A stretch of DNA of 62,884 nucleotides, counting the filler, from Choristocarpus tenellus KU-1152 (Eukaryota; Protista; Phaeophyceae): assembly GCA_964200185.2 (NCBI GenBank). It is 10 parts of 10 records of this genome, joined end to end, with 100 filler letters (N's around TTAATTAATTAA, not from the genome) between each part and the next. Parts side by side here need not be neighbours in the genome. Positions count along the whole stretch, not along the records: positions 43,327 to 52,048 come from CAXNAD020004404.1; positions 52,149 to 57,242 come from CAXNAD020011896.1; positions 57,343 to 62,884 come from CAXNAD020010466.1; 7 more parts are not named here. One strand, written 5' to 3'. The notes beneath the pieces were generated by a model. That model was not told the DNA's origin and searched no databases. It saw only the letters and a list, made by a program, of their open reading frames with translations. Positions 51,991 to 62,884 of the stretch are shown piece after piece (within the stretch, counting starts at the first letter, position 1; each line of letters opens with the position of its first letter). Made by a program: the position numbers and the translations under genes.

Positions 51991-52299
51991 TAGTATCCCC
52001 AAAATCATCAAAGAGGATAAAGGTGATAAACCCAGAGAGATTGCTTGGNNNNNNNNNNNNNNNNNNNNNNNNNNNNNNNNNNNNNNNNNNNNTTAATTAA
52101 TTAANNNNNNNNNNNNNNNNNNNNNNNNNNNNNNNNNNNNNNNNNNNNAATATATCACGACTGTACACTGACCACCCCCACCCCCCCCCCCCCCCCCCAC
52201 TACTCCACTACTCCCTCTTTTTACCCTTTTTGGACATGCCGCTCTGCTCTTGTTATTTATTGTGGCAATATACATCTATCCTTTTGTAACGGTGTACAG

Positions 52300-52411
52300 C
52301 TGTTACTTGGTTGTTTGCTTTGGACCAATACTTCACTTCTACCGCGGGTCTGAGGATGACCCAGATAATCCTGTGTTTGTCTTGCCTGACCAGAGGACCC
52401 TGGGTTCAAAG
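52300..52411 (+). CDS. Candidate orphan exon of an unidentified protein (possible next exon 53332-53388)
   Basis: CAG|c-CYLVVCFGPILHFYRGSEDDPDNPVFVLPDQRTLGSK|GTTAGA; coding-like composition between microsatellites. Confidence 0.3.
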
Positions 52412-52431
52412 GTTAGAACTTATTGATCATA

Positions 52432-52528
52432 GAAATAATAATAGAGTAGTAGTAGTAGTAGTAATAGTAATAGTAATAGTAGTAGCAGTAGTAGTAGTAG
52501 TAGCAGTAGTAATGATAATAACGATAAT
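52432..52528. repeat. (TAG/TAA)n microsatellite
   Basis: Direct inspection. Other simple repeats: (TG)n ~10674-10704, (CT)n ~53182-53208. Confidence 0.95.
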
Positions 52529-53177
52529 TGGAAGGACTGTAGTGACAGGTGGGTCTTTTCAGAGAGCAAGAGCTTTGTAAGGAGGCGTATTTTTGGAGGC
52601 AATGTTCTGAAGGAAACGGCTTTACTCTGTACAATTTTGTTGTATGTATGCGTGTGTGCTAATATTGATATTCATATTCATATTGCTAACCAGATGTAGT
52701 GAAAAACACAGCTGGAACATACATATATATATGTATGTCACAACACAATTTTTGGGGGAATTTTGTCTGATGATACTGTCATAACATAATCCACAATACC
52801 ATCACACTCTGACTATGTGACTATTTGATGATGTGAAGATGTTCATGGATCACCCCTCAGCTCAAAGAGTCTGGGTCAGGGCCTTGCCATTACACAATTG
52901 TGGGACACTGTTGGTACAGTGTTGGCTCACACAATATCACCCCTTTTGCGTACGAACCTATGTGCATATGCATTTATGTACCTATGTGTTTGTAAGGGTG
53001 GAGGTTTCGTGCACGAAGATATTTTATTTTATTTTTTAGCTTGTTGTGGTACCCACTCTCCCCCTCAGGGGTAAGGGCAGCACCTTTCAGAGGACATGCT
53101 TCACGTATATTTAGTACATTTATTGTTACGACCGTGTACTCTTTTGGGTGTACCCATGGCCTGGGAAAACATGGTTC

Positions 53178-53213
<36 letters not shown>

Positions 53214-54397
53214 TTTCTCTTTTTCTATTGGTGCATTGCTTCCTCCCACTGTTTCCCATTGCTGTCTTCCCGCCTTCCATTATTATTATTATTATCATTA
53301 TTAATTTTTTTTAGCACATCTCATGTCCTCAGATGTCAACAACCCCTTCTGTGATTGCACCGAGTACCTACCCTCTCGAGAATATGTAGTAGGAACAAAG
53401 TCGATGTCATTGGTAACGAGCTCACATCGTTGTACAACTAGCAGATCATAGTGCAGCGTGTGTATATGTGGGGAGCAGACCCAGAAAAGGACTCCAAACA
53501 ATTTTTCTTTGTGAGGTGAGTTACGGTAGACTTGGTCTCGCTCAATTTGGTCCCCCCCCCCCCCTTGCCCTCTCATTCCGTTTCCAAGCTAGCCTTCTGT
53601 CCTTTGTGCTTGTTGCTGATGTGTGATGGAGACTTGGTTTTTGGTGTATTAGGAAGGCGGGGGGACTAGAATAAGCATACTGTGCCTTGTACTCTTGTTT
53701 TTTTCTTATTTGTGCTGTGTGTTGTGTTGTGTTGTGTGTGTGTGTGTTGGTGTTAGTTCTGATGTGTAGTAGGGACGCACTGTCTACCCGACTGCGTCTG
53801 ATCTATCTAGATATTGAGGTGTTCACTGATACTTCCATGAGCATGCGATGATTGGGTAGAGTCCTAGGGTGTATGATCATTGGCGGGCCAGGGAGCTTGA
53901 CAAGCAGGTGCTTCTAAATTACCTGAATAAGGTACATCGTGGACTTGACTTTTTATGCCCTTGGCGAGACCGAGCTCTTGTGGCAAGCTACAGTATTGCT
54001 TCGGATTGATAGGAGCGTTCTCCTCAATATATTTTTTTGATTTTATCTTTTCCTTGGCATGGTTTTTGAATTAGTCCTTTACTATTCTTTTTTTTTCTTG
54101 ACTCTAGTACGGATTGAACAGATAAGTATAAAAATCATTTTTTAAATATTATTATTATTATTGCATTGTAGATCGGAATGTTACACAATGATGTCCTTGT
54201 GCCTGGTTCTGATGCTTACTGTATTGTTTGATTCTTGATTGTACAAACAAATGTCATCGGTAGAATACATGCATGTCTCACTCTCCCCATGGACTAGGCT
54301 GTTCTGCCTCCTGTCGTCTCGATACTGTTTTAGCGCATGTTTTGTCCCCATATTTTCGGTTGGTTATCCATCCAAGGCACGAAATCATGGACTAGAA

Positions 54398-54583
54398 GAC
54401 CCAACAACGTATCCGGGGGCAGGGCGGGGGCGGTGTTCACCAGGGTATCAATTTGGGCCAAAACCAGGAAATGTGCACTTACATTATCCATTTGACCCAA
54501 TCACACAAAAATCGCGACTTGAAAAAATTGACCCCACACAAAAATGGACAACCGATACACACACACCCTAGATACTTTGAACT
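54398..54583. mobile_element. MITE family B complete copy, AGAA target duplication
   Basis: AGAA at 54394-54397 and 54584-54587. Confidence 0.8.
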
Positions 54584-56294
54584 AGAAAGAAAAGGGGAGG
54601 GGGGGGATTGATTCAGATGGTGAAGAGGATAGATTGATGGTAACATAATGTTTGGTTTGTGAAAGGCTTGGCTGTTGATGTTGGGTTGAAGTGTCAAATA
54701 GAATCTCAAGAATTTCTGTTCAGAACCGACCGAATGGAACCTCAACCAGCCCCATGCATTTCACACCTTAATTTTTTGAATACTCTCTCCCCAGGTGGGA
54801 AAAAAGAGTCTTGCTTTGTGAAGTGGGCTCTGAGGAGGATTTTATAAAGTGGGTTAAGGCGATAGATGCTTACGCTGACCTGCGACCCCAACGGACGGCT
54901 GTTGAGCGGCAACGGACAAGCATCGAACTCAAGGCAAAAGAAGCTTGGACTACCCGGGAGGAGAGCATCTGGGGGGGGTTGTGAAGGGATTACTGTGATG
55001 ATATCGTCTGTATATATGCTATGTAGTGAATTGTATTTTGGAATCTCGGAAGCAGATTCCTCCACCCTTGGCTCACTGTTCTGTCCTCAATATGGGGTTG
55101 GATTTTGTGTGTCTCTGTTTGCATGGGAGTTTTTAGGGTACAGTAGTGCGTGCATTACGCTTTTTGTATATATGTATGTGTGTTTGTGTACTATAGCTTT
55201 CAAGGACACCTTTAGTGTTTTGTTGTGTTCATGGCAAGTAACATGCTTGGTGGTTGGCATTGTGATGTTGTAGTAAGGGTTGGGGCGGTTGACAGAGTGG
55301 GAATCTTGGATTTCCTGTCGGTTTGTGTTACTGTGTTGTCTGCATTTTTTTTTTTTGGGGGGGGGAAGGGATTATGATGGGTCTACTCTCTTGTTGCCTA
55401 TCCGCTGAATGGCTGACTTTGATACTGTCCATTGTGTTGTTGGGAGAGGGATAGTTTCACCAATAGGCTTTTTGTGTCTATCGTTTGTTTGGGAAGGTGG
55501 TGGTTAGCATGTTCTTTATTTTCCTTTCATGTTAGCAGGGATTTGAAGAGGACAAGAGGTCTGGCTCTTCTGTGCTGATATTTGCCGCTCATCATACCCT
55601 ATCACTTTACTGTGTTATGTTATGGTGGTAAGAGTCAAGGTCGCCTGTTCTTAATAACTAAGTGCCCTTGTGGCATGAGCTCTGCTCTATCGTTAATATG
55701 TGTAGTGCATGAATTACATCTTTCAATTGCAAGTCGTATGGATGTTCCGATTCTTTTTTATTCGTATGGCTTGTTAGTGGGACGGTTTAGTAGATAGGAA
55801 GTTTCTTGGAAGGTCTATGGAAATAGAAAAATCGTGTGTTTTCGATGAGTAGCGGATTTGTTTTTGGTTTAGTATTTATTTTCCTGAAAAGGTCTTTTCC
55901 CTTCCTTGCCTGGTCTCTGTTGCAGTTGCACTATATTTTGAGGTACGTTCGGGGTGGATAAAGTGAGAGACACTAATAAAAAAACACTTCACCGATCGAT
56001 TGTTATTTGCTACCGGGAAAATCGGAAAGGCAGGCGCAAGAAGTCTAATCTACACAACTCGACTAGCCATCATTTTTATAATAGTTTTGGCATGAGTCTA
56101 GGCATACACCATTCTGGACTGTGCTTACTCACAGTGGTAGCAATGGTAATTAGGTATGCTTTATGTGTGGAAATGATCTACTCCCGACATTCCATGACTA
56201 GAGTGGAGTGTACTGCGGAACTCTCATAGTCAAAACAGCTGCGTGTGGGTAGTAGGGAGGGGCTGTGCTGAGGGGAAGAGAAGGGGAAGCTTAG

Positions 56295-56472
56295 GACTCA
56301 AAAGTATCTGGGGGTGGTGGCGACTGTCCATTTGGGGTCAATTTTTTCATGTTGCGATTTTCGGGTATTTGGTTGCATACGTAGGATGGATAATGTAAGT
56401 GCACTTTTCCTGGTTTTGGTCCAAATGGACACCCTGGTGTAGACTGCCCCCGCCCCCCAGATACGTTAGGTC
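56295..56472. mobile_element. MITE family B complete copy, TTAG target duplication
   Basis: GACTCAAAAGTATCTGGGGG...CCCCCAGATACGTTAGGTC, flanked by TTAG at 56291-56294 and 56473-56476. Confidence 0.88.
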
Positions 56473-58029
56473 TTAGTCAGTAGGCACTGTTCTCCACCAG
56501 TTCCAGGAGGAAGGGAAAGTCTATAGAATCGCACATCTAGATAATGTATGCAAAAATTTAAATGGCGTTCCGTTCCACCTCCCCCAAAACAGGAAAGGTC
56601 TCCACGTTACTCATTAAACAGCTGATCACCAAAATTGAGGATGGAGCTTTTTATGGAGGACGAGCGAGACCCGGAATGGTGCGCGGAAAGTGCCCATATG
56701 TTTTTTTTTGTAAATGTTGCGGCACTTTTGAAGGGCCCCGCTACGAATGGGATATATTTTTTTGGTCAAAAATATTTCGGTGCTTGTGGAGGGCACCGCT
56801 ACGATTTGGAAGCGACCTCGACCAAGCCAAAGGTACAAGGACAGACGGCCCCTCCGGGGGGGGAGTCGGTAACGGTTTGGCGTGCTTATATGTATGTTAC
56901 TAAATACTGTATTATACAATACATACATACATACGTCTTCTTCCACTAGTTATAAAATTTATTCAAGGGTGATGTGGTTTGTACAAGAAAGAGATAGGTC
57001 ACCCCCACCAAAAAACTAAGTCGACAAAGAAGAACGAACACATGTTTCATACTATACATACATACAAAGCTTGTACTTCGTATATAGTTTTAGCTTTAAT
57101 GACTGTTATTACCGAGTAATTTTGGCACGCTTAGTAAGCAAGGTCAGTCACCACACTGTCACTACGTTGAGCCGATCTCATTGCCATCTTTTATGTTAGA
57201 GGCCGTATGTATGTACATAGCGGCCAATCTTCATACCAGAGGNNNNNNNNNNNNNNNNNNNNNNNNNNNNNNNNNNNNNNNNNNNNTTAATTAATTAANN
57301 NNNNNNNNNNNNNNNNNNNNNNNNNNNNNNNNNNNNNNNNNNTTTTTCGATTTTTTTTATTTGTCATTTTAGTTGTGCAAAAAGGGGGGGGGGGGGGGGG
57401 GGGGGGTCTACAGCAGGGGGTCCATTCGGGTCAAAATCAGGAAAAGTGTATTTACAGCATCCATCCGACATACGCAACCAAATCATCCCAAAATCGCGAC
57501 ATTAAAAAATTGCCCCCAAATGGACAGCCGCCACCCCATCCCAGATACTTTGAACCTTTGTCATCCCCAAATACAGTCATAACTTGCCCTTTTCTTCTTG
57601 ATTTTCCCCATTGCGAGACCTCTCCTCCCAGGACATACTCTATCTCCTATCCTAAGAACTTCGCACATACTCCCTTTGGAATTAAATGTGACATAAGCTT
57701 TGCAAGCCCTGTTCTAGCTTGGGAACGACCACGTCATAAATCCTCTGGCAAGACTTAGTTCTCATACAGGTTGGGAGGCACGCAATGTTTGAGATGGTGG
57801 GCTGTCATGACTGTGGAGGATCACCAGTGCAAAGTCGACCAAGTTGCATTTGACTGGGTTCAAAAACCTCATGAAACTGTCCAAGTGGGTGGTTTACTGG
57901 GATGCCTAGGACAAAGGCCCTGAGTTGTTTGAGCGACTTCCTCATCCCGTCCTCACCTGTCGGTTCCAATTCTTCAGCCCAGAAGTCTATCTAGAGTCCA
58001 GACTCCTACGCCCCAACAAAGAACAGCAC

Positions 58030-59172
58030 GGTGGCGTGATGCCTAGAGGCGAGAGGGTGCGAGACTCAGATACCTTGATTGACAGTGGCCCATCACAGAG
58101 GACTTGGAAGTTTCAAATCACTGTTTACCGTCGTGTGAAGGAGTATGACGGCCAGATGGCACGGGGTGAATGCATGGACCTTGTACAACACTGCAAGGGG
58201 CGATGTGGCTGCTGTACAAGTATCCTTTGACATTTGGGATTCCCATCAGTAAATCACACATACTTACACAAATGGGCGGCCAAAAATGGGGTCTTCCTTG
58301 CCCGTTGTGAGATGTGTGGAAGCGCAAGAAGGTGAAGGTCAAGTGGTGGATTAAGCCAGTCCTCTCAGACCAGCAAAAAGTCAACAGGGTGGGTTTTGTC
58401 ATCAGCCACATGCACAGGGAGGCAAGTGGGGTATTTGTGGACGATCTATATGGCTAGGTCGAGAAGTGGTTTTTCATCCTCAAAGATAGGCAAGGTGTAT
58501 ACTTACACCCCGCTGAGGACCCCCCCAAACCCCCACTGTCACAGAATAAGAGTTACAGTACGAAGGTGGTGTTCCTTGAAGCTGTGTCCCGCCCTAGGAA
58601 GCTCTCCAACAGGATGTGATTCAATGGGAAAATCGGGATTCCACCAATCGTGGACACTATGGTCGCTCAGCACTCCAGCAAACATCCCCAAAGTCAACAA
58701 GGTGCTTGTGCCAGCCACGGTGGACAGGAAGAGGTATAAGAAGCTCATGATCGAGGATGTCATCCCGCCAATCAAGACCCATATGTCTAGGCTGGAAGAA
58801 TGCATAATCTTTGTGCAGCAGGTCGTAGTGAAGCCACACACCAAGGGGAAGACCATGGAGTCAATCGAGGAGGCAGCAGGGGACAACATTTTCATCGAGA
58901 CCCAGCTAGCCAACTCACCTGACCTAAATACCAACGACCTGGGATTCTTTCACTCCATCCAGCAAATGAAGGAAGACGTGGGAGTGACCAACACAGAGCT
59001 GGTGGAGGCGACAATGGAGGCATCCGATGTTTGCCCCCAGGAGACACTATTACGCGTCTGGCAGAGCTTCTATGCAGTCAACGGTGAAGTGCTGGGGTCC
59101 AAGGGTGACAACGTCTTCAATTTTCCCGTCTTATCAAGGAAAAGGATGAGAAGGCGGGCAAGTTCCCGCTGA
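58030..59172 (+). mobile_element. Tc1/mariner transposase relic (plant-mariner-like)
   Basis: KVKWWIKPVLSDQQKVNRV, VEKWFF, KVVFLEAVSRPR, FNGKIGI, IFVQQVVVKPH, QLANSPDLNTNDLGFFHSIQ, KGDNVF. Frameshifted, and the second catalytic D is lost. Confidence 0.88.
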
Positions 59173-61868
59173 ATGCCCTGGTGGATATGCCAAAATCCTG
59201 TGCTGGAATAGATTTTTGGAGGGCTTCGGGGATGGAATCATAGATAGTTTTAGGCTGCCCCATTTTGCTCGAGATATTGGTGGGCAACCTTTTTAGTGTC
59301 TGCACAATACCACCCAAAAATGTGAACACATGAAAAAAATCTTGCTTCTTTATTGAAGCTGCGAAAGTAGTGTTTCATTTACATTCTAATGAAGCACTAT
59401 CCAGTACTCTCAGGTTCTGGCAACTCTTAATCATTACTCCAGATCCAAAGTAAAAGAGACGCACCCAGTTTTTTGCTGTCTTGCGTTATTTGCCAACTTT
59501 TCGATCTTTTGTGGTTCACCCATATTTCTATGGATGAAGTACTGAGTTTGACTGACGAGGGTTGATTTCTCTGTTGTTTGAAGGTTTTTTGAATACAATT
59601 CGAAAAATTCCTGTAAGCATTTGCACAAGAAACCGAATTTTGTACGTATTTGCTGATATCCTTAAAATGCTATTCTGGGTACCTCTCATTTACTTCGACT
59701 CTCCAGTAATCTCACATTTTCCTGGCAACTCCACCTGTCTTTGTCTTTTCTGCGAAGCCCAAAAATCCTTACATGAACCTCCCCGCCCAATTCATGCCCC
59801 TTAAACACACACTCAAATACATCCCACCAGACATCTTCTAAGAACACATACACTCACATACACAGTTAAGATTGCGATCTATGCACTATATTTGGCTGCA
59901 TGACATACACTCAACGACAGAGCATAGTGAAAAATGCAAGTTACATGCTCAAAAAGACCTAGAATTCAACATTGCTAGAACACACACATGGTTGGGTGAG
60001 TACTGCCACTTACTGCCCCAGCAGTAAATGCCTGGTCACACTAAAAAATCATCCAAGAAATGAGCATACAGGGTTGTACAAAACTGAATCAAATTCCATG
60101 TCCAAGTTTCTCCAGCACATTACCCCTTGAATAGGCACTCATACACATCCCAGAAGACTCCCTAACCCTGGCAGTGTCGACAATGAATGGCCATGCGCTG
60201 TCTACCTGTTCTTGATCCGGATATCTCAGCACTTCTACCTCGAATAACATGCATAGTAAAAGTTAGGCTTTTTCATACAGACAGAGAGACTTCAGTAAGT
60301 CGCGCTTCCTCTTCCCACCTCCATGGCTCCCTCTCCGAGCCACAGATATGGAGATAAAAGCCCGTAGAGGGACAAAATCTCATTATCACCAAGGTTAGGT
60401 AAGGGTTATCACTGGAGGATGGGCTGCTGCCCCTGTCTCCCTCCATCGTGAGCATGGAAAATGCAATGCATCAGTGAAGTGACTGTGTGTTAGCTTATCC
60501 CCCTCCGTCTAAAGGCTTTTTCAAAAATATAATTTTTCAAAACCCTTACAACGGACAAAACCGATCCCACTACTCACTGCTGCACTACATTTTTTACAAG
60601 CATCGTTTTATTTAAAATGAAGGAAATTATTTTGGTTGTTTTCTGTGACCACTGCACATGTGCATATCACAGTCAGAATTTTTTGGGAAGAGAGGCAGTT
60701 ACACCCGCAACCACAAACTCTTGAATATATGAAATATTTTATTTACCCACATGAAGTTTGGACAAATAAATGAAAGGTGTACCAACAATTATTGTCCAAC
60801 CTTCAAACTCTTCAGATACTTTTATAGCCTGTCTCCACACGACAACATGTCAGTCCATTCTCCTTCATTTTATTCTCGTATACACTAGGCATTTTATTCT
60901 CGGACCAAGTCCATCTGTAAGACCCAGTTCGACTGATGATGGCCCAATAGCAGCCGACTACTGGTGAGACCACTTTCTCGCACCCTATGATTGGCCAGAG
61001 CATTATATCCTCCTCGTTTTATTCTCCTCTACGTAGCGCAGTTTACACGGTATACGGTTTCACATTGTGCGACACTTACGCAGAGTGTGAATGAACAAAA
61101 GCATTGGGATAGATATTATGGGAGATATAGAAGAGGGAAAATACTACATACTTACTAAGAGTACTAGCAAATACTTCACAAAAAAGCGTATCTCAAGAAA
61201 ACGTCGCAGGTGCAAGTGTGGTTTTCGAGGAAAGCATATGGTGAGGAGTGTGGAGTGGTAAGAGTGTGAAGCGCTGTTCCTGCAACATTGGTGAAAGGTG
61301 GGAATGAGCAGAAACATTGTGCAGAATGTTGCAAGGTTTGAAGATGACTTAATATTTCCACATTTAGACGCCGTGATACATCATGTATGTTTTTACCAAA
61401 TATATGTGGTGATGGGTGTGGACATGTGGTCATAGTGTGTAATAGTGTCCCTGGAACGAGTTACGAACAGGAACGGTGAACAAAAAGGTTGTTGAATTAA
61501 CAATAAGAAAGGCTATGAGAATCCAAGGTAATATTTCCCTAAATTCGAGTGCAAATATAGTGTCTAAAATCCGACAAAAAGCAGAAACCCAAAATTTTCG
61601 ATACCCAAACCATAAAAACGACTCGACGTTTGGATCGAAAAACGACAAAATCGAAATTTAGACTTTTCTTGCGTTGATAGATAAGCGTTAAAAAAAGAAC
61701 AGAAAAGAGGCGATTGGTCCGTTTGCCATGGGTATACCAACACACCAAGCCACCCCTACAGGATTCAACTTGAACAAAAATATGTTTTTGTGCCGAGTCT
61801 TCCTCCTGATGATGTAAGATCTTGCTTCTACTTGGACAAACATCAATAATGCGTTCATACAGAGCTCG

Positions 61869-62235
61869 TCTAGATGTATCATCTCCATCTACTATTTTGT
61901 TTCACTTCCTTGAAGTACATGTTACAACTACTGGAGCACATGATGAAGGTCTGTACCGTCAACAATATAGAATGCGATTTTCAGTTAGTTGGGCAATACT
62001 ATGTTGCTCACGTCCCTCCCTGAAAACATCTCCAACAAACCACACTGCATTCACAGGGCTGATCTAGATGTATCACCTTCATCTACTATTTGTTTCACTT
62101 CCTAGAAGTACATGTTACAACTAACCTACTACACCACATGACGAACGTCTGTGCCGTAAGCAATTTAGAATGCGATGTTCAATTAGTTGGGTCATAGTAT
62201 GTATGTTGCTCATGTTCCCTCCCTGAAAACATCTC
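61869..62235 (+). repeat. Diverged tandem duplication (~165-170 bp unit)
   Basis: 61869-62032 and 62063-62235 both run tctagatgtatca...ccctccctgaaaacatctc. Confidence 0.9.
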
Positions 62236-62884
62236 TTATGTGTGAGTGGATATGTTTCAACGATTCGTCAATAGAAAAATTGCGGAAGACAGTCTCCTCT
62301 TGAGTTGCTCCTACCTCATTACACCACACATTTCCAAATGGCCTGCAGCTGCACCACACAGGCTATCATTTCCAACTCAAAAGTGTTGCTTTCACAACCA
62401 CAGTAACACGTTCTGTTTCAGCGCCTGAGGAAACTCACCAAATTGGGATGATGTAGCGGCCTTAATTCTCAAGTATGAGACCGGATGATGGTGCCCAAAG
62501 GCAATCAAGACTATATGTTTCACTGAACCTCTCTTGCATTAAAGTTATTGCTTTAATGTGTTTGACTCATGGGTAAGGTCATGACTGAATCATGGCCTCT
62601 GACTGCAGCTCAAGACGGAAGTCTGGAAGCCCAATACACACTGCTCAGCATAACCACCACAATTTGGTATGACCTGATCAATCAAAAATAGTTCCTCATC
62701 ACCAACAGCCGCAAAACCAGTGCCTGTAATACTTCTCCTTCGAAAGCACCTTAGTCAACCTCTCTTATCGAAAGGGTTGCGTAAGATTGCTGGCTATCCC
62801 CTTGCATATTACAACTTCCGGTAGTAAACCTGGAACCAGAAGCACTTCGGGTATCTGGTTGGAGACCCAAAGTATCTGGGGGGG

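Noticed and set aside
52311-52634. Poly-Val/Leu/Tyr hydrophobic ORFs
   Set aside because: Translations of a (TAG/TAA)n microsatellite.
56562-56949. Three overlapping ~105-113 aa ORFs
   Set aside because: No motifs or splice context; loose inverted ends suggest another small repeat element, which I cannot confirm.
58396-59172. 258-aa ORF as an active transposase
   Set aside because: The N-terminal motifs are in other frames and the QQD aspartate reads QQV; it is a relic.
1-62884. rRNA, tRNA, CRISPR arrays, prokaryotic operons or defence systems
   Set aside because: None recognisable; all supported genes are spliced eukaryotic genes.

Overview
Eukaryotic, intron-rich, transposon-littered nuclear DNA from a draft assembly. 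Ten contigs are joined by nine identical artificial 100-nt linkers (N44-TTAATTAATTAA-N44), so adjacency across linkers is not evidence of linkage. Signal peptides followed by ASAFAP-type motifs point to an ochrophyte alga (brown-alga-like; inference). I assembled these spliced host genes by hand: a 5'-truncated ankyrin-repeat/WW gene (3.8-8.7 kb), two internal exons of a MARCH6/Doa10-like E3 ligase, the last exon of a YheT/ABHD-type hydrolase, and a compact five-gene island at 29.0-38.2 kb. The island holds MDP-1 phosphatase, a plastid zf-DNL protein, a plastid DUF2358 protein, a plastid type I signal peptidase and a DUF202 protein, and includes two head-to-head pairs. The rest is largely decayed Copia, chromodomain-Gypsy, RTE and CRE-like retroelements, two mariner-type transposase relics, and many MITEs with GAG/GAC termini and 4-bp target duplications (Sola-like). 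I see no rRNA, tRNA, CRISPR array or clear viral gene, and I cannot support a wholly new biological system. The best leads are a candidate non-canonical GA-AG intron needed to build the WW domain, the plastid-protein micro-cluster, and the Sola-like MITE superfamily.
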